64,000 nucleotides of DNA from the NCBI GenBank assembly GCA_965261735.1, contig OZ253470.1, positions 1,888,001-1,952,000 on the forward strand, written 5' to 3'. The notes beneath the pieces were generated by a model. That model searched no databases, was not told where the DNA came from, and saw only the letters and a program-made list of their open reading frames with translations. Each line of letters opens with the position of its first letter. Position 1 is the first letter of the stretch. Source of the stretch: Alphaproteobacteria bacterium. GTDB taxonomy: Bacteria > Pseudomonadota > Alphaproteobacteria > SHVV01. Positions 20,201 through 29,800 of the stretch are shown in pieces. The translations under genes and the position numbers were made by a program.

Positions 20201-21530
20201 GATAACCCGCCGCCAGAAGCCCCGCCACCTTGTTCTCGATTGCCTGGGCAGACAAGGAATGTCCCGTACCGGCGGCCATTCCTGCCGCCATGTCACGGAC
20301 TTCAAGCTCCATTTGGAGGTTGTGACGGGTTGAATAGAGCCTGGTATGCGCCATGTCGGCCCGGCCTTCGGCCGCCCGTGGCGGTCGGGTCAAGCGCACG
20401 ACCTCCGGGCTTAGAAGCACACGTTCGATGCTTGTTGCTACCGCCTCATGGTTCAACAGCCCGGCGGTGGCATTGCCAACCCGCTCGACGATATCCGGAA
20501 GACGGAACACCGCCTCCTCTCGCGTGAGGCGTTCCGGCAGGTCTTCCAGGATTTCCGTCAGCGCCCGGATCTGCTGCTGCGTAATGGCTTCCGCCTTGCC
20601 CAATATCGAGGCAATCAGTGCTTCGCGCTCGACATACCCCTCCGCTTCGCCGCGCCAGCGCGCGTGCCGGATTTCCGGGTCATTGTCGGGCGACTTGCCG
20701 GCCCGCGTGATCTTGTTCGCCGCTGCGGCCCGTGGCGCGTTGCCCTCGACCGTAAAGCCCATCTCCCGGGCCGCTTCGATAATCGCCGCCCGGCGCTTCG
20801 ACCAGTGACCGATCAGGTTCCCGGGCATGCCTGCAATGCGCGTGAACTCTCCATCCTTCCCATACTGTTCCATGCGAATGCCGAGACGCTCTTGGAGGCT
20901 CCATGCCATGGCATTGCGGTAGACTGCCCCCGCCGCCTTCATCCAGGTGTAGACCGGGTGCTGGTGCAGTGCCCGGTACTTGCCGTCCCGGTGTGTGCGG
21001 GCCGCATTGAAGATCACGCAGTGGGTGTGCAGTTGCGGGTCGTTGTCCCGGCTGGTTCCATGTTGGAACATCGCCGCTGATATATCGGCGGGCAGCACCT
21101 CGATCTCGCCGTCCCGGTTACGGATGCGGGTATAGGCGCAATGCCTCAGCACTGTTTCCTCAAGTGCTACTCGGGCCGCATCGTTATGCGCCTGCTCGAT
21201 CTCCGAACGCAGGTCTGGGTCGGCGACGGCCCACAAGGCGGAGACGCTCTTATCGGCGCTGAAGGTCATGTCGAGACCCGCGGAGCGCCGCTCGCTGCCC
21301 GCGTTTTGTGTGAGCTTGCCTCCGGTGTTCGGTGCGAAGCCGTTATACAGCCGGTGGAAGTCGCTGCTGTCGACCTTGCCGTCGTCGGTAAGGCCGAACA
21401 GGCCCTTCGGATTGAACCAGACGCCATCCGGTTCCTCTCCCGCTGTGTAGTACTCATTGGGATGACGAAAGGAGCGCTGGCTCTCCAGGTAATAGGCGGC
21501 CGATGCGGCCTGGGCCAGAGTGGCTACCAT
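17238..21530 (-). CDS. MOBF (TrwC/TraA-type) conjugative relaxase-helicase
   Basis: N-terminal YY...YY, DMTFSADKSVS, HGTSRDNDPQLHTH (3H motif), GAAGSGKT, VDEAGM, HGYALTITSAQG. Confidence 0.93.
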   Translation of the reverse strand: MVATLAQAASAAYYLESQRSFRHPNEYYTAGEEPDGVWFNPKGLFGLTDDGKVDSSDFHRLYNGFAPNTGGKLTQNAGSERRSAGLDMTFSADKSVSALWAVADPDLRSEIEQAHNDAARVALEETVLRHCAYTRIRNRDGEIEVLPADISAAMFQHGTSRDNDPQLHTHCVIFNAARTHRDGKYRALHQHPVYTWMKAAGAVYRNAMAWSLQERLGIRMEQYGKDGEFTRIAGMPGNLIGHWSKRRAAIIEAAREMGFTVEGNAPRAAAANKITRAGKSPDNDPEIRHARWRGEAEGYVEREALIASILGKAEAITQQQIRALTEILEDLPERLTREEAVFRLPDIVERVGNATAGLLNHEAVATSIERVLLSPEVVRLTRPPRAAEGRADMAHTRLYSTRHNLQMELEVRDMAAGMAAGTGHSLSAQAIENKVAGLLAAGYPLSQEQIKAIRAVTSSSGRVAIIEGAAGSGKTTTLRPIADLYREHGKNIIATAVAWRTAVALGNDVDARPFCVDKLLRLAARGGIEIDGNTTIIVDEAGMLSTRQAHHILQLSERHGAKIVFAGDTQQQQPVEAGPGLRLVRDAVGSVRVDRIRRQKADLEDILVHVHGEAPEAARFRTGMMGEQERTRIVAEYEAMEDKPAFTPWQVAASEALRDGDAASAIAAHRARGRFHIGYDEEKTLTGLIDDWDRYQREHPDKSSVVLARTRAEVRALSHLMRERRFTALPNGERPDPDRVHADRVTIIVSRGTEDERTASPLEIVRGDRLRIGATHWEKQLFNGTVVTVDDFKVQRGEAGTEPSVLISARTEDGRAVSFHHDEIRDWYGNIRLDHGYALTITSAQGLTVDRTFLLADARPARETIYPAATRHREGLDIYVNRAPLVLDIADRRADNDRKAVVTDTEIRSYLAERWSRSQPKEAALDYMADGVWEDRREHVREDNSRSIRETRETREEPLEARPAANDNALSRIARDIRRTAFGWRHAQAVSTFAAGREEILAAYDDLRERTRTQGDTVALGPAYQETLTRHSALLKQAAAFRARPDDFASLLAERCGIGRKDLDAFEDLHTRARRHRRAATMRYVHRIKREADQQGLEPEMRQGVQPLGGGAAETAGGVPPGRSRPARPGDGRPHTPAQATPPIETVAMPTERDLAGGPPAVAPAPPVDKPTVPTEKQVAWDTYSALRKDWSRHLAAAERAGVHAIYVDGYKQFRARMEALAENPALEDRPRRSLGNVLAHLDEGTETRREIEDYLAAVKDRLEYRSEVLETVAIDLNKPVTGLTGYDRWRADIDRLAETGRRIIDDQDTYAPHLNGISLGLEHVRWALTDIGRLIGRDDKQISQAAERERQSEQSAPQETHEERQHRAQREAREFSRLQSAAYNATGAERKAAQKEFDDYVERHSQKRETVEEEERQTYKRSRGRSMGI

Positions 21531-21933
21531 GACGCCAGCCCGGTAACGACGTTGCCGGATAGGGATACAACCTGGGCGGAGTATAGCCGGAATATGACTG
21601 TCGTAGCTCTCATGATTCCAGCCTTGGGAATTCCTGTATTTTAAAGAGGCTTAACGAAATGGCCGTGCGGTCTTTACAATTCTGGGCAAAGTTCATTACA
21701 TATATCGAGATCAAAGCACCAAGGTGCAGCGGTGTGAGATGACTAATATAGTCTCTCATGTTTCGAGAAAGGATATAGACTGCATAATCGGAGATCAAGG
21801 GGAATTTGGCCCTGCCTTGGAACGTGGCGGCGCACTTGAAATGGCCGTTCGAATGGCGGAATTGACCGGCTGTCGGGCCAATGGCAGAATCCGGGCTTGA
21901 TCGCGGATTCTGGAAACAGCGGGGAGATGGACG

Positions 21934-22236
21934 ATGCCGGCGAAACGCTTCAACGAAGCGGATATCGACTTCGATGGCATAGACGGTGAGTTGGCGAAAC
22001 TTGAGCCGCCGAAGCTGAGCCTGACTGATGTACTGGACCGTTTGCGGAAGCGGCTGGTCAAGCAACAGGCGAAGGGGGTGACGGTGGCTCAAATGCATGA
22101 GGTGTTGAAATCAGGCGGCATCGCTATCACGGAGCGCAGTCTGCGGACGTTTCTGGACAAGGGCGTGTTGCCGGGAAGGAAGGTTGCCGAGGCTGCCAGG
22201 GCTATGGTGTCCGAAGAAGGTAAAGATCCGTTCTGA
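21934..22236 (+). CDS. Small relaxosome accessory (MobC-like) protein
   Basis: Divergent from the relaxase across an AT-rich gap; GGGGAG RBS; HTH-like GVTVAQMHEVLKSGGIAITERSLRTFL. Confidence 0.6.
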   Translation: MPAKRFNEADIDFDGIDGELAKLEPPKLSLTDVLDRLRKRLVKQQAKGVTVAQMHEVLKSGGIAITERSLRTFLDKGVLPGRKVAEAARAMVSEEGKDPF

Positions 22237-22484
22237 GACGAATGACGGCGCATATGGGTTCGTCGTGGCGGTTTTCGGGATGCGGATAATGAAGTTGCAA
22301 TGGGGGATGGCCGGGCGCCAGCGTGGCGCTTCAGCGCCCGCATACGGCGATGGCGCGAAGCGGCCGATCCGATAGGCGGCGATGCATCGTTCGAAGAACG
22401 AGGAGCCGACAGCGAGCGTAAGCTCGCACAATTGGCGGTGGCGCGAAGCGCCCCGCCATGGGCCGTGACTTTATGCACACGGCA

Positions 22485-22530
22485 TAAAAAAGGGGCCGAC
22501 CTCCGCTGTGTGATGGCGGGGGCCGACCCT
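22485..22530 (-). terminator. Probable intrinsic terminator
   Basis: Imperfect GC hairpin followed by a T6 run on the minus strand, just after the SLOG gene stop. Confidence 0.5.
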
Positions 22531-22541
22531 GAAGGGTGCCG

Positions 22542-23534
22542 TTATGCGGCGGCGAGAAGGACGGGGATTCCGATCTTGCGTGCCTTGTCGATCATGTTAT
22601 TCGTGATGCCGGAGCCTGGGAAGGCGACGAGGCCTTTCGGCAGGAAGTTGAGCAGGACGTCGTTACGCCGGAAGGGCGCGGCCTTGCCGTCCCGGTCCCA
22701 GTTCGGCTTGCAGACGACCTGGTGAACGCCGTTCTTCTCGGCCCAGCTTGCGGCGATCTTCTCCGCGCCGGGTCCGCCGCCGTGCAGCAGGACCATATCG
22801 TCGTACTTGATCTTGATGCTGTCCAGCGAGCGCCAGATGGCGGTGACGTCGGCAAAGTCCTTGCCGCCGGTGAAGGCGACCAGGGTGCCCTCGGGCAGAT
22901 GTGCGTTGGTCTCACGGTCCTTGCGGGCGCGGAGGTAGTCGCGGGCGTCGATGGCGGCGGAAGTTAGTTTGCCGGTCTGGCTGCTGTGCGACCCGTTGCG
23001 CGGACGCCAGGTATCGCCGGTCTCGGTGCGGTATCCCTCGGCGGCGAGGTCGCGCATGGCCTCGAAGGCATCGCTGGCCGGTCAGGTATCGCCGGTCTCG
23101 GTGCGGTATCCCTCGGCGGCGAGGTCGCGCATGGCCTCGAAGGCATCGCGCCGGTCACCGAGGTTCTGGACCCGGTCGGTCAGGCGTTCGAGTTCGCAAG
23201 ACTTGATCTCGGAGCCGTCTTGCTCGCGTTGGAGGTCCTTCATTTCGGGCGCGATCTTGTCGATGCCACGGTCGAGGCGCTGGACCTGGGCGTGCAGCGC
23301 ATTGACGAAGCCCCAGAGGAGGCTCTCGCGTTCGTCGGCGAGCTGCGTGCCATCCGGTGCGACCACACCGGCCAGGATGTGGATGGCTTCTTCGATCCCT
23401 GCAAGGGCTTCGTCCTCGTCCCAAGTCTCGCGGTTGTCGAACTCATCTCGACCGGGGGTCGCGCCGAACAGAGCGGCCTGTTCGCATGCCATTGCGGTCT
23501 GTGACGATGTTTCGGTGCTGATGAAGTTCTGCAT
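22542..23534 (-). pseudogene. DUF2493/YspA SLOG-family gene interrupted by a tandem duplication carrying TGA
   Basis: LVAFTGG, LLHGG.PGAEKIAASWA, AAPFRRND, FPGSGIT; the two halves are in the same frame, separated by a stop at 23082-23084. Confidence 0.8.
23008..23149. repeat. 67-bp direct repeat with 75-bp period
   Basis: CAGGTATCGCCGG...GAAGGCATCGC at 23008-23074 and 23083-23149. Confidence 0.9.
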
Positions 23535-23822
23535 GAGTCTCTCCAATGCAATGTCGATATCCTCCGAAGCGGGCTGCCCCGTCGTGATGTCTCTTTGGGT
23601 CACGCGCTCGCAGCGGAGCCACGATGGCCGGAATGCCTGCGCCGGGGGGATGCGCGAGTGGTGCGGGCGCAGGGAGCGCAGCGACTGAGCCACGGTCGCG
23701 TATTGCACCGGCGCTAGCCGCGCAGCGGCGTGGCATTACGCGCTATCGCCGTAACGGAGCGCAAGCGGAGTGAAGGACCCCACAGGGGTTGGCGCAGTGA
23801 GAACGTGTGGGACAATGAGACA

Positions 23823-24860
23823 TCATGGCGGGGTAATTATTCTCCCACTTATACGCCTCTCTTCCACCGTTTCCCCGGACTCGGTGCTTGCAATAAGGGG
23901 CGCGATTTGAGCTGCGAGGGTTTCTTCCCCGAAGGCAATAAGATCGTCATTAAAATCGGAGTGTTCGGGGACAATCACGATTGAGGGAATTCTGCGTTCC
24001 ACGCAACGGCGCTGAAGACGGTTTGCGGCGTCCCCGCCTTCCATGTCTTTATCGCGGGCGATGACCAACAGGGCGAGGTCTTGGGGCGGTTCGAAGGCGC
24101 CCAGGCTTCCTGCCGATAGAGCCGCTGCGGCATGAATGCCGGGAACGGCGGTAACCAGCGACAGCACGGTTTCGATGCCCTCGCCGGCAAGCAAGGTCGC
24201 GCCGGAGGCGGACCCGCCGAAGCGAACGGCCCGGCCGTGGACGCGCCCAAGCGCTTTGCGCGGGCGGGTGAGGTTGGCTTTCTCGGGTAGCTTGGGGTCA
24301 AGCCAGGTGCGTTGCACGCCCTCGACGGCGTCGTCATCGTCGGTGACGGCGGCGACCAGTGCCGGCATGTGGTGGATGCTGTCATCGCCGCGATGGATGA
24401 GATCGGGATGAAACCGTAGCGCCGGGAAGCGGCAATGGCCGATGGCGCGGGCGTGCAGGTAGGCTTCGGCATGGGTGCCATCGATGGGCCGGCAACGCCG
24501 CCAGAGGCGGCGCGCCGCTTCCTCACGGTCATAGCCGCCGGCGTTATCGCCGCCATTAGCAGGAGCAGACCGCGGCAATGAGAGGAACGCGAGGGCTTCC
24601 TCCATGGCCTGCCGCAGCGATGCTCCGCCGGTGTGCAGACGGATGAGATCGAGCAGATCGCCATGCTCGTTGGTTGCGGCGTCGGTCCATTTTCCGGGTA
24701 TGCCTGGAGGCGCCAGGCGCACGAAGAGCGAGCGCCCCTTGACGCCGCTTGTGTCGCCGATGGTCCAGTATCTGCCCTGCCTGCGTCCGCGGGGAAGGTA
24801 GCAGCGGCAGACATCTTCTGCCCGTGTGCTTAACGCAGCGGCAATTTCAGTGGCGTTCAT
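23823..24860 (-). CDS. Toprim-domain (primase-like) protein of mobile elements
   Basis: GKWTDAAT.EHGDLLDLI, AEAYL.AR.I, GEGIETVLS, IARDKD, DFNDDL. Confidence 0.85.
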   Translation of the reverse strand: MNATEIAAALSTRAEDVCRCYLPRGRRQGRYWTIGDTSGVKGRSLFVRLAPPGIPGKWTDAATNEHGDLLDLIRLHTGGASLRQAMEEALAFLSLPRSAPANGGDNAGGYDREEAARRLWRRCRPIDGTHAEAYLHARAIGHCRFPALRFHPDLIHRGDDSIHHMPALVAAVTDDDDAVEGVQRTWLDPKLPEKANLTRPRKALGRVHGRAVRFGGSASGATLLAGEGIETVLSLVTAVPGIHAAAALSAGSLGAFEPPQDLALLVIARDKDMEGGDAANRLQRRCVERRIPSIVIVPEHSDFNDDLIAFGEETLAAQIAPLIASTESGETVEERRISGRIITPP

Positions 24861-25052
24861 GGGGCGCGATCCCTTAGGGGAGCGATGGTGCGAAACGGGT
24901 GCATGGGGAACCTCTCCTGCCTGTCGTGGGACGCCCCCTTCAGGCCCGCCGCGAACTCTTGACGGTGAGGGCCGCGAGAGCGGAGCGCGTAGCGCGGCCG
25001 CTCCGCGTCCAGGGTTTGGGAACGCTGTAGAGGCGGGCTCGAACGGGACTCC

Positions 25053-25096
25053 AAAAAAAGGGCCAGCCCCATGCCAACTTGGCGGGGACTGGCCCT
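25053..25096 (-). terminator. Intrinsic terminator after ssb
   Basis: AGGGCCAG...CTGGCCCT stem followed by a T7 run on the minus strand. Confidence 0.7.
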
Positions 25097-25122
25097 GAGT
25101 TATGCGGGATGGAGGAAGCCCG

Positions 25123-25560
25123 CTAGAACGGAATTTCGCTGTCATCCACCGTCGCGGCGGTTTCGCCGGAAGGCACGGTCTTGCCGTTCATCGCCGGTGC
25201 GCCGTTGCCGTTCGGCTTGTCTAAGAACTGGACCCTCCCGCCGGGGACCAGAAGGATCTCGGTCGAGAACCGGTCGCTGTCCTCGCCGTCCTTGCGCCAC
25301 TTGCGGGTCTGGAGCTTGCCCGAGACGTAGACCAGGCGGCCCTTCTTCGCGTGCTTCTCCATCATCTCCACCAAGCCCTCCTGGAAGGTGACGATGCGGT
25401 GCCACTCGGTGCGGTCCACCTTGTCGCCCGAGTTTTTGTCGAGGAAACTCTCGTCGGTCGCGATCGAGATGTTGGCGACACGGCCGCCGTTGGTGAGATG
25501 GCTGATGGTGGCGTCGGCGCCGAGGCGTCCGATCAACTGTGCGTTATTCAGTCCGAACAT
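25123..25560 (-). CDS. ssb: Single-stranded DNA-binding protein
   Basis: LIGRLGAD, TEWHRIV, KGRLVYVSGKLQTRKW, acidic tail DDSEIPF; AGGAGA RBS. Confidence 0.95.
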   Translation of the reverse strand: MFGLNNAQLIGRLGADATISHLTNGGRVANISIATDESFLDKNSGDKVDRTEWHRIVTFQEGLVEMMEKHAKKGRLVYVSGKLQTRKWRKDGEDSDRFSTEILLVPGGRVQFLDKPNGNGAPAMNGKTVPSGETAATVDDSEIPF

Positions 25561-25666
25561 GATCAATCTCCTATGATCCGGGTTATGACATCGGGTTAGC
25601 GAACGGGGTCAGGCCTCTCTCGACCCTTCCCCCTTCACACTTCTCTAAGCCCCCCTCTTCCTCTAT

Positions 25667-25858
25667 TCAGCCGTCTGCCCCGGTGTAGGTTCGGGAGCCG
25701 AGAACTTCGCGGATCGCGTGGGCCGGCATTCCGACCGCGGCCAGTAGCGCGCCGGCGTCGGGAAGCGGTGCGGTGAAGCCGGGATCGGAATCGCCTGTGC
25801 TGCCGGGATTGAAACGGGTGTCGTTGGACTCGGTTGAGCTATGAATGTGATCGAACAT
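25667..25858 (-). CDS. Small hypothetical protein (63 aa)
   Basis: GGAGA RBS before ATG; co-oriented with neighbours. Confidence 0.5.
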   Translation of the reverse strand: MFDHIHSSTESNDTRFNPGSTGDSDPGFTAPLPDAGALLAAVGMPAHAIREVLGSRTYTGADG

Positions 25859-26047
25859 TTTGCATCTCCGCTGGTAGGGGTGAGACGCAGCCCGGAGGGA
25901 ACTCTCTCTTCGCCTTGGGCGCGTCGCCCTTCTCTTTGCCTTCCTCAAACTCTCTTGCACGTTGGTCGAGGCGGGCCGGAGAGTCCGGTGGCATCGCACG
26001 ACGGCAACCGTTGGCACGATTGTGCGCGGCAAGCGCCGCGCGGGTTG

Positions 26048-26362
26048 TCAAAGGGCCGCGTCGTTGGCGTCCATGATGGCGATGATGACGTCGTCGAGGC
26101 TGCCCCTCGCGCTCATCAAGGTGTGCTCGAGATGGAGAAGCTGGTGGCGGAGCCCGGCGCGGTCGTCGCAGGACGGGTTGCCGGGCAGACGCATGATGGC
26201 GTTCCGCAACTCGGCGAAGCGCTCCGCCAGATCCTTCATGTGGCCGGCAGCCTCGCGTGCGCCGGTTCGGGCTTCCGGCAGGAACCCGCCGGGATCGGAC
26301 CGGGCGCCGGCCATGGTTTCGAAATCACCCGTCGCGGAGTGTGGTGTGAGGGTGTCGAACAT
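26048..26362 (-). CDS. Small hypothetical helical protein
   Basis: GGAGGA RBS; co-oriented with neighbours. Confidence 0.6.
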   Translation of the reverse strand: MFDTLTPHSATGDFETMAGARSDPGGFLPEARTGAREAAGHMKDLAERFAELRNAIMRLPGNPSCDDRAGLRHQLLHLEHTLMSARGSLDDVIIAIMDANDAAL

Positions 26363-26477
26363 CGGGTTCCTCCGTGGATTGCATGACAGAATGGCGGCGA
26401 TGCCGGGAAAATTGCCTCCCGTACACCGCCTGAATCACCCCTGCCGTGCTGCCCTCGGCCTCTACATCTTGTTGGGT

Positions 26478-26738
26478 TCAATGGGTGGCTTCATCGCGAG
26501 TGGCGGACATGGCGCGGGCAGCGATGGCGGACCAGGCATTGCGGTCGAGGCCGATGCGGGCGTTGAGTCGGTCGCAGATTCGCAAGGCATCGTCGAGGCT
26601 CAGCGCCACCAGCGCCGTGGGGACGTAGCCCGGCATCGAATCGAACACGATTCGTATTTGCTGCGGCATGTTGTCGAAGTCATAAGCGGGACAAAACGCA
26701 TAGACGGGATCGTCCGGCAGGGTGTGTGACGAAGGCAT
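26478..26738 (-). CDS. Small hypothetical protein (86 aa)
   Basis: AAGGA RBS before MPSSHTLPDD. Confidence 0.6.
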   Translation of the reverse strand: MPSSHTLPDDPVYAFCPAYDFDNMPQQIRIVFDSMPGYVPTALVALSLDDALRICDRLNARIGLDRNAWSAIAARAMSATRDEATH

Positions 26739-26877
26739 GGCAATGTCCTTCCTATGGCAGGTAGTGCAATTGGCGGCAGTGGGCGGCGCAAAGGCGCAAA
26801 TCCCCGGAAGCGCGCGTAGCGGGCGGCGGCAAGCGTTCGGACGCCCCGCGCCGGATACCGGGTGGGAGCGTGCGGAT

Positions 26878-29800
26878 TTACGCCGGGTTCGCAGCCGCGA
26901 GGGGCCAACGATCGAGGATGCGGCCGAGGTCGATGTATTGGGGCACGAACACACGGGTCCGCCACGAAACGATCTCGGTGGCGCACCCCATGCGCTTGAG
27001 CGCCGCGAGGTCGCCGTCGTCCGGCCCCTCGATCTCGACGCGCCCGGCGCCCATCAGGCGCCGCCTTGCGAGGCGCCAGCCGTTGGCGAGATCGAAGGAC
27101 GCACCGCGGGTCAGGATCGCTTCGTGCATCTCGGCCGGGCTCATGACCGGTCCTCCGGCCAGCCCGAAGGCGTCGCGGAAGGCGTGCGCCTGCTCGGGCG
27201 TCAGAACCCGGCCGAGCAGGCTTTCCCCGGCATCGGTCGCAAGCCGGCGCACCCGCATGTTCTCGCCCGGCAGCCGGTCCCATATGGGGAGCAGCAAACC
27301 GGTGACCAGCCACAGGCGGGATTCGGTGTGGCTGGGCAGCCCTTCGATCTCCGCATCCCACAATGCGCGCCAGTGATCTTCAACGGAATCCTCCCAGTTC
27401 GAGGCGGCAAGGTCGGCCGTGGCCATGGGCTCGCGGGCGGCGGGACGGACCAGGCGGACCCGGGCCTCGACCCCGCCGTCCTCGAACATCCGCGACGGCG
27501 CGGGCAGAACAACGGCGGCGCGCTTCGAGCGGGTGTTGATGACGGGCCGCCCGTCGCGCAAGGCGAGGGCATCGTCGGCCTGGAGCGGCACGAGCCGGTC
27601 GCGGCGGACGATCTCGACAAGTTCGGTGGCGGCGCCCGAGGCTTGATGAACGTGAACCGCCTCGCGCGAGGCCACGGTGAGGGAGTCGGCCCGGATGGTC
27701 TCGACGCCCTGCTCGTGGGTCCCGGCCTCGATGGCCTGTTCGATATTGGCCTCGATGCGGGTTTCCAGCTCGGCGAACAGTTCGTTCTGCTCGGCGATGG
27801 GCAGGGCCAGTAGCCGGTTCAGGAACCGGGGCATCGGCGGCAGGTCTTCCTTGAGGGAGCCTTCCCAGATGAGCTTGAGTCCGGTGGCGTCCTCGAAGCG
27901 GTCCATGGACCAGCCCGCAATGTTGCCGCGCCACAGCGCGATGTAGAACTGGCGCAACGCCACCTTGGCGTAGGGGCTTTCCAGATTGTCGCTGGCCCGG
28001 AACAGGGTGGCGTCGCCGCCGCCCATGGCGGTCTGGCTGTCCCGCTGTCCCCGGGTGATGGCGCCCAGGCTGTCGAGACGCCGGGCAATGGTGGCGATGA
28101 ACCGCCGCTCCCCCTTCACATCCGTGGTGACGGGGCGGAACAAGGGGGCCGAGGCTTGGTGCGTTCGATGGGTGCGGCCCAGGCCCTGGATCGCCTGGTC
28201 GGCCCGCCAGCCCGGCTCCAGCAGATAGTGGATACGCCGTGCGGTATTGCCGCAGCCGAGATCGGCGTGATAGCTGCGCCCGGTGCCGCCGGCCATGGAG
28301 AAGACGAGGATGCGTTTGTCGCCCGCCATGAAGGCGGCGGTCTCGGCCAGATTGGCCGACGCCGGACGGTTGCGCAGCGCCAGGCGCTCGCCGGACGAAT
28401 CGGCGATACGCAAGACCCGGCGCGAGCGGCCGGTGACCTCGGCGACGGCCTCGCCGCCGAAACGGTGCAGAATCTGGTCGAGCGCCGCCTGCACCGGCGG
28501 CAATGCCGCGAGCTTCTCGATCAACGCGTCTCGCGCAGCGACTGCTTCCTGGCACAGGACGGGGTTGCCCTCGGCGTCGGTCACGGGCCGCGACATGAGA
28601 TTGCCCTCGTCGTCGGTGAAGGGTTCCTGCAATTGCACCGGGAAGGCGTGCGCCAGATATTCCAGGCACGCCTCCCTCGGCGTCAGGTCGACGGAGATGT
28701 CGTCCCATTCCGAGACGGGGATATCGGCGATGCGCCGGTCGAGCAAGGCCTCGCCGGTGGAGACCAGCTGGATGACGCAGGCATGGCCGGCCTCGAGATC
28801 GGCCTTCACGGACCGGATCAGGGAGGGGCATTTCATGGCGGTCAGGAGATGGCCGAAGAAGCGCTGCTTGGCCCCCTCGAAAGCCGACAGCGCGGCTGAC
28901 TTCGCGTTCTTGTTGAGGGTGGCATCGCCCTCCATGATGCCGGTGGCTTTCAGGGCGTCTTCTATATTGCGGTGGATCACCTTGAAGGCCCCGGCATAGG
29001 CGTCGTAGATGCGCCGCTGCTCGGGTGTCAGGGGATGTTCGAGCAGCTCGACCTCGACCCCGTCATAACTGAGCGCACGGGCCTGGTAGAGGCCGAGGGC
29101 CTTCAGATCGCGGGCAACCACCTCCATCGCCGCCACCCCGCCGGCCTCCATGGCGGTGACGAAATCGGTGCGTTGCTCGAAGGGCGTCTCGCCGCCTGAA
29201 TCCGCGCCGCCCCACAGGCCGAGACGGCGGGCATAGGCCAAGCCGGGCACCGTGGTAGCGCCGGTAGCGGAGACATACAGGATACGGGCATCCGGCAAGG
29301 CGTTCTGCAAACGCAATCCGGCGCGGCCCTGTTGCGAGGGGGCCGTGTCGCCGCGCGATCCCTTGGCCCCGGCGGCGTTGGCCATGGCGTGGGCCTCGTC
29401 GAACACGATGACGCCGCCAAAGGCATGGCGGGAGTCTTCGTCCATGCCATCCACGAGCCAGCCCACGATCTGTTCGAGGCGCGAGGACTTTCCCTGACGG
29501 GCAGGCGAGCGCAAGGTTGCATAGGTGGCAAACAGGATCCCGGCCTCTTGAGGAATTTCGGCCCCTTGGCGGAACTTGCCCAAGGGAATGATGTCGGCCT
29601 CCTTGCCGCCGATCGCGGCCCAGTCGCGGCGCGCGTCTTCCAGCAACTTGTCGGAGGCGGAGAGCCACAGCGCCCGGCGGCGACCGCGCAGCCAGTGGTC
29701 GAGGATGATGGCGGCGACCTGGCGGCCCTTGCCGCAGCCGGTGCCGTCGCCCAGCATCCAGCCGCGCCGGAAACGCACTGGCGCGGACAGGGCTTCGCCG

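Noticed and set aside
23008-23149. CRISPR-like repeat
   Set aside because: Only two 67-bp copies of coding sequence with an 8-bp junction; no cas genes. I saw no CRISPR array anywhere in the window.
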